From Phoronis australis (Eukaryota > Animalia > Phoronida), in the NCBI GenBank assembly GCA_002633005.1, contig NMRA01000782.1, positions 85,729-149,728 on the forward strand: a stretch of 64,000 nt of DNA, given 5' to 3'. A model generated the notes under the pieces. The model saw only the letters and a program-made list of their open reading frames with translations, made no database searches and was not told where the DNA came from. Shown here piece by piece: positions 62,163-64,000 of this stretch (position 1 is the stretch's first letter; each line of letters starts with the position of its first letter). A program made the position numbers and the translations under genes.

Positions 62163-63763
62163 CAGGTCAGCTTTTTGTGTACTCTCAGTGCACATCTGGT
62201 CCCTCTGCAAACTAGTCCAGGGTATCTTTTCACCACTGTGCGCAGGATGTTTTGGTTTCGTGAAACTGTTTTCAGATGATTTGTTTCCGGATAGATTTGA
62301 CGTTTTTCAATTGTTGTCAACGTGATTCAGCTTAATAAAGTGATACCTAATTATTTATTATCGCTTTTAATAATAGACTATGAGATGAGAACACCATCGT
62401 TCGCCAGTTTTTCTCTTAACGAGACAGAACACATGTTTATTTCCGGACTAACAGTACAGGTCTTCGTTCTTAAACAACTTGAGGCTGCTGTTACGCGATC
62501 ATCTGATATTCAAGTTTTTACACCCCGTCGGTGCTCCTTAATTATGCTCTTGAATATTTGGAAATTGTCTAAACTCCTGTATACACACCACATTTTTTCG
62601 TATACGACTTTTCGTATGCTAAAAAACGTGTGTGTAAGCAGATGTTCCAACAAAAATTTTTGCTGGTGGCGTGACTCATACCCAGATGTGCACAATATGG
62701 TTTCACGATACTTATGAGCCAAGTTCATGGGACGAAATCGAGAAGGGTTTTTAATTATCTTAAGAAAAACTCCAGAGACATATTAAGTGCCAGAAACTTA
62801 CCAGGATGCATGGAAATTTCACTATTTGGCTACAAAAACAAAAAAATATCTTACACGGGAGGGGGAACCCCCTGCCGACCTCCCCCCGCTCGGCGCCACG
62901 CGCCTAGGATTCGACCTTGGCGGGAATCCTAAACTCCCCCTTGCTGAAAACGTAGATCCGCCACTGTACTATGAGTTGTTTGTAGGGAATTTCCGTCCCC
63001 CTACTTCCTACGGCCCTGCGAAACGTTTGACCATAATTACCAATATGTTTACTATGATCAGTTCCATATTTGGAGACATCAAAACGCCCTATTCATATGG
63101 CGAAACTGTCAATTTCTTTTTTATTTTAAGTAGAGTGGTTTGTTTAACGAAATAAATTATCTATTATATAAAATGCATCGTTTGCACAAACTCCGTCTCC
63201 CCTGCTCCACTACAGACCTTCGTTGCACCCGTTCAGGCATCGCCTTGGTCCCAGGTATTGCACCGGCCCCCTATTTGGAATCGAGGCGTTTTTTTCTTGC
63301 GAGCCGTTTTTTCGCAGACGCCGAGGGAGGGTGGCCAATTTCGTACTGGCCTTGGTGACGTCAGTTCGTCGGCTCAATGGCCTGGGTGACGTCACTCCGT
63401 CGGCTTAATTTCACTCCCTCCGGCTTCTGTCACGTGCACAATTCATCTGGCCTGTCGCTGCCAAAATTAATGATGCCTCATTAAAAAATCTTTACTCTTC
63501 CTTGAGTAAACTAAATTATTTACCCTGGTGTTGGGAAATTGGCGTTCTTCAGTTATTCTCCTGCTAAAATTGCGATGCACTCTTTGGGCGCCATCTGATT
63601 GCGTCACCTGTTATTCAATCAAATGTGAGGTTGCGTACATGTCATAACAATCGCAAGTGGTTTCATTTCATTACAAGTTTTTGCTATTTATGATCAGAAA
63701 ACCCAATTTCAGAAAAAAACTCACGAGAGATATCGCAAAATTTTCGGAAATGGCGCATACGTG

Positions 63764-63875
63764 CGGATGCGGATTTAGAGGGGGGCCAAGAGGGCCATGC
63801 CCCCCCTAAAATTCTCCCAGATTCCACCAAATGGAATCTGGGCCCCCCTAACTCAAAATCATGGATCCGCCCCTG
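63764..63875 (+). mobile_element. Further copy of the GGCGGATTTAGAGGGGG MITE, left end eroded
   Basis: GCGGATTTAGAGGGGGGCCAAG...GGATCCGCCCCTG. Confidence 0.65.
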
Positions 63876-64000
63876 GCCACAAGTGTGCACTGTTTTCAAA
63901 ACGACCACATATTTCCTTTGTTACAAAAGGCGGAGAATTACGAAAAATAACGTTTATTAGATTGTCTTTTTACTTCTATAAACGGCTGTAACGGGCAAGG

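Overview
AT-rich, intron-containing eukaryotic DNA. The repeat content suggests a marine invertebrate such as a hemichordate or echinoderm relative (inference only). One host gene is recognisable: cytoplasmic aspartyl-tRNA synthetase (DARS1) on the minus strand. I assembled it by hand as 15 GT-AG coding exons (57330 down to 20201, 1578 nt, 525 aa plus stop), with phases compatible at every junction. The rest is mostly transposon-derived. (1) An ~8.2-kb Academ(X)-type DNA transposon sits in DARS1 intron 1, with ~800-bp internally repetitive TIRs and a spliced but decayed transposase/XPG-like gene in the host's sense. (2) A Penelope-like GIY-YIG remnant has an inverted pLTR, two hammerhead-like motifs and a nested Harbinger MITE. 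(3) Two Helentron-like (HINE) elements carry internal satellites with arrays of CTCF-like motifs. (4) A family of 51-88-bp elements with 9-bp TSDs each carries a CTCF-like motif. (5) There are also 5-bp-TSD MITEs, Harbinger MITEs, a HIRAN-like pseudogene fragment, hAT/Gypsy fragments and tandem repeats. Most ORFs in the supplied track are spurious. I found no clearly novel multi-gene system. The best leads are the TE-borne CTCF-like motifs, the intronic Academ element and the Penelope hairpin. All family assignments rest on motif recognition by eye; no database search was run.
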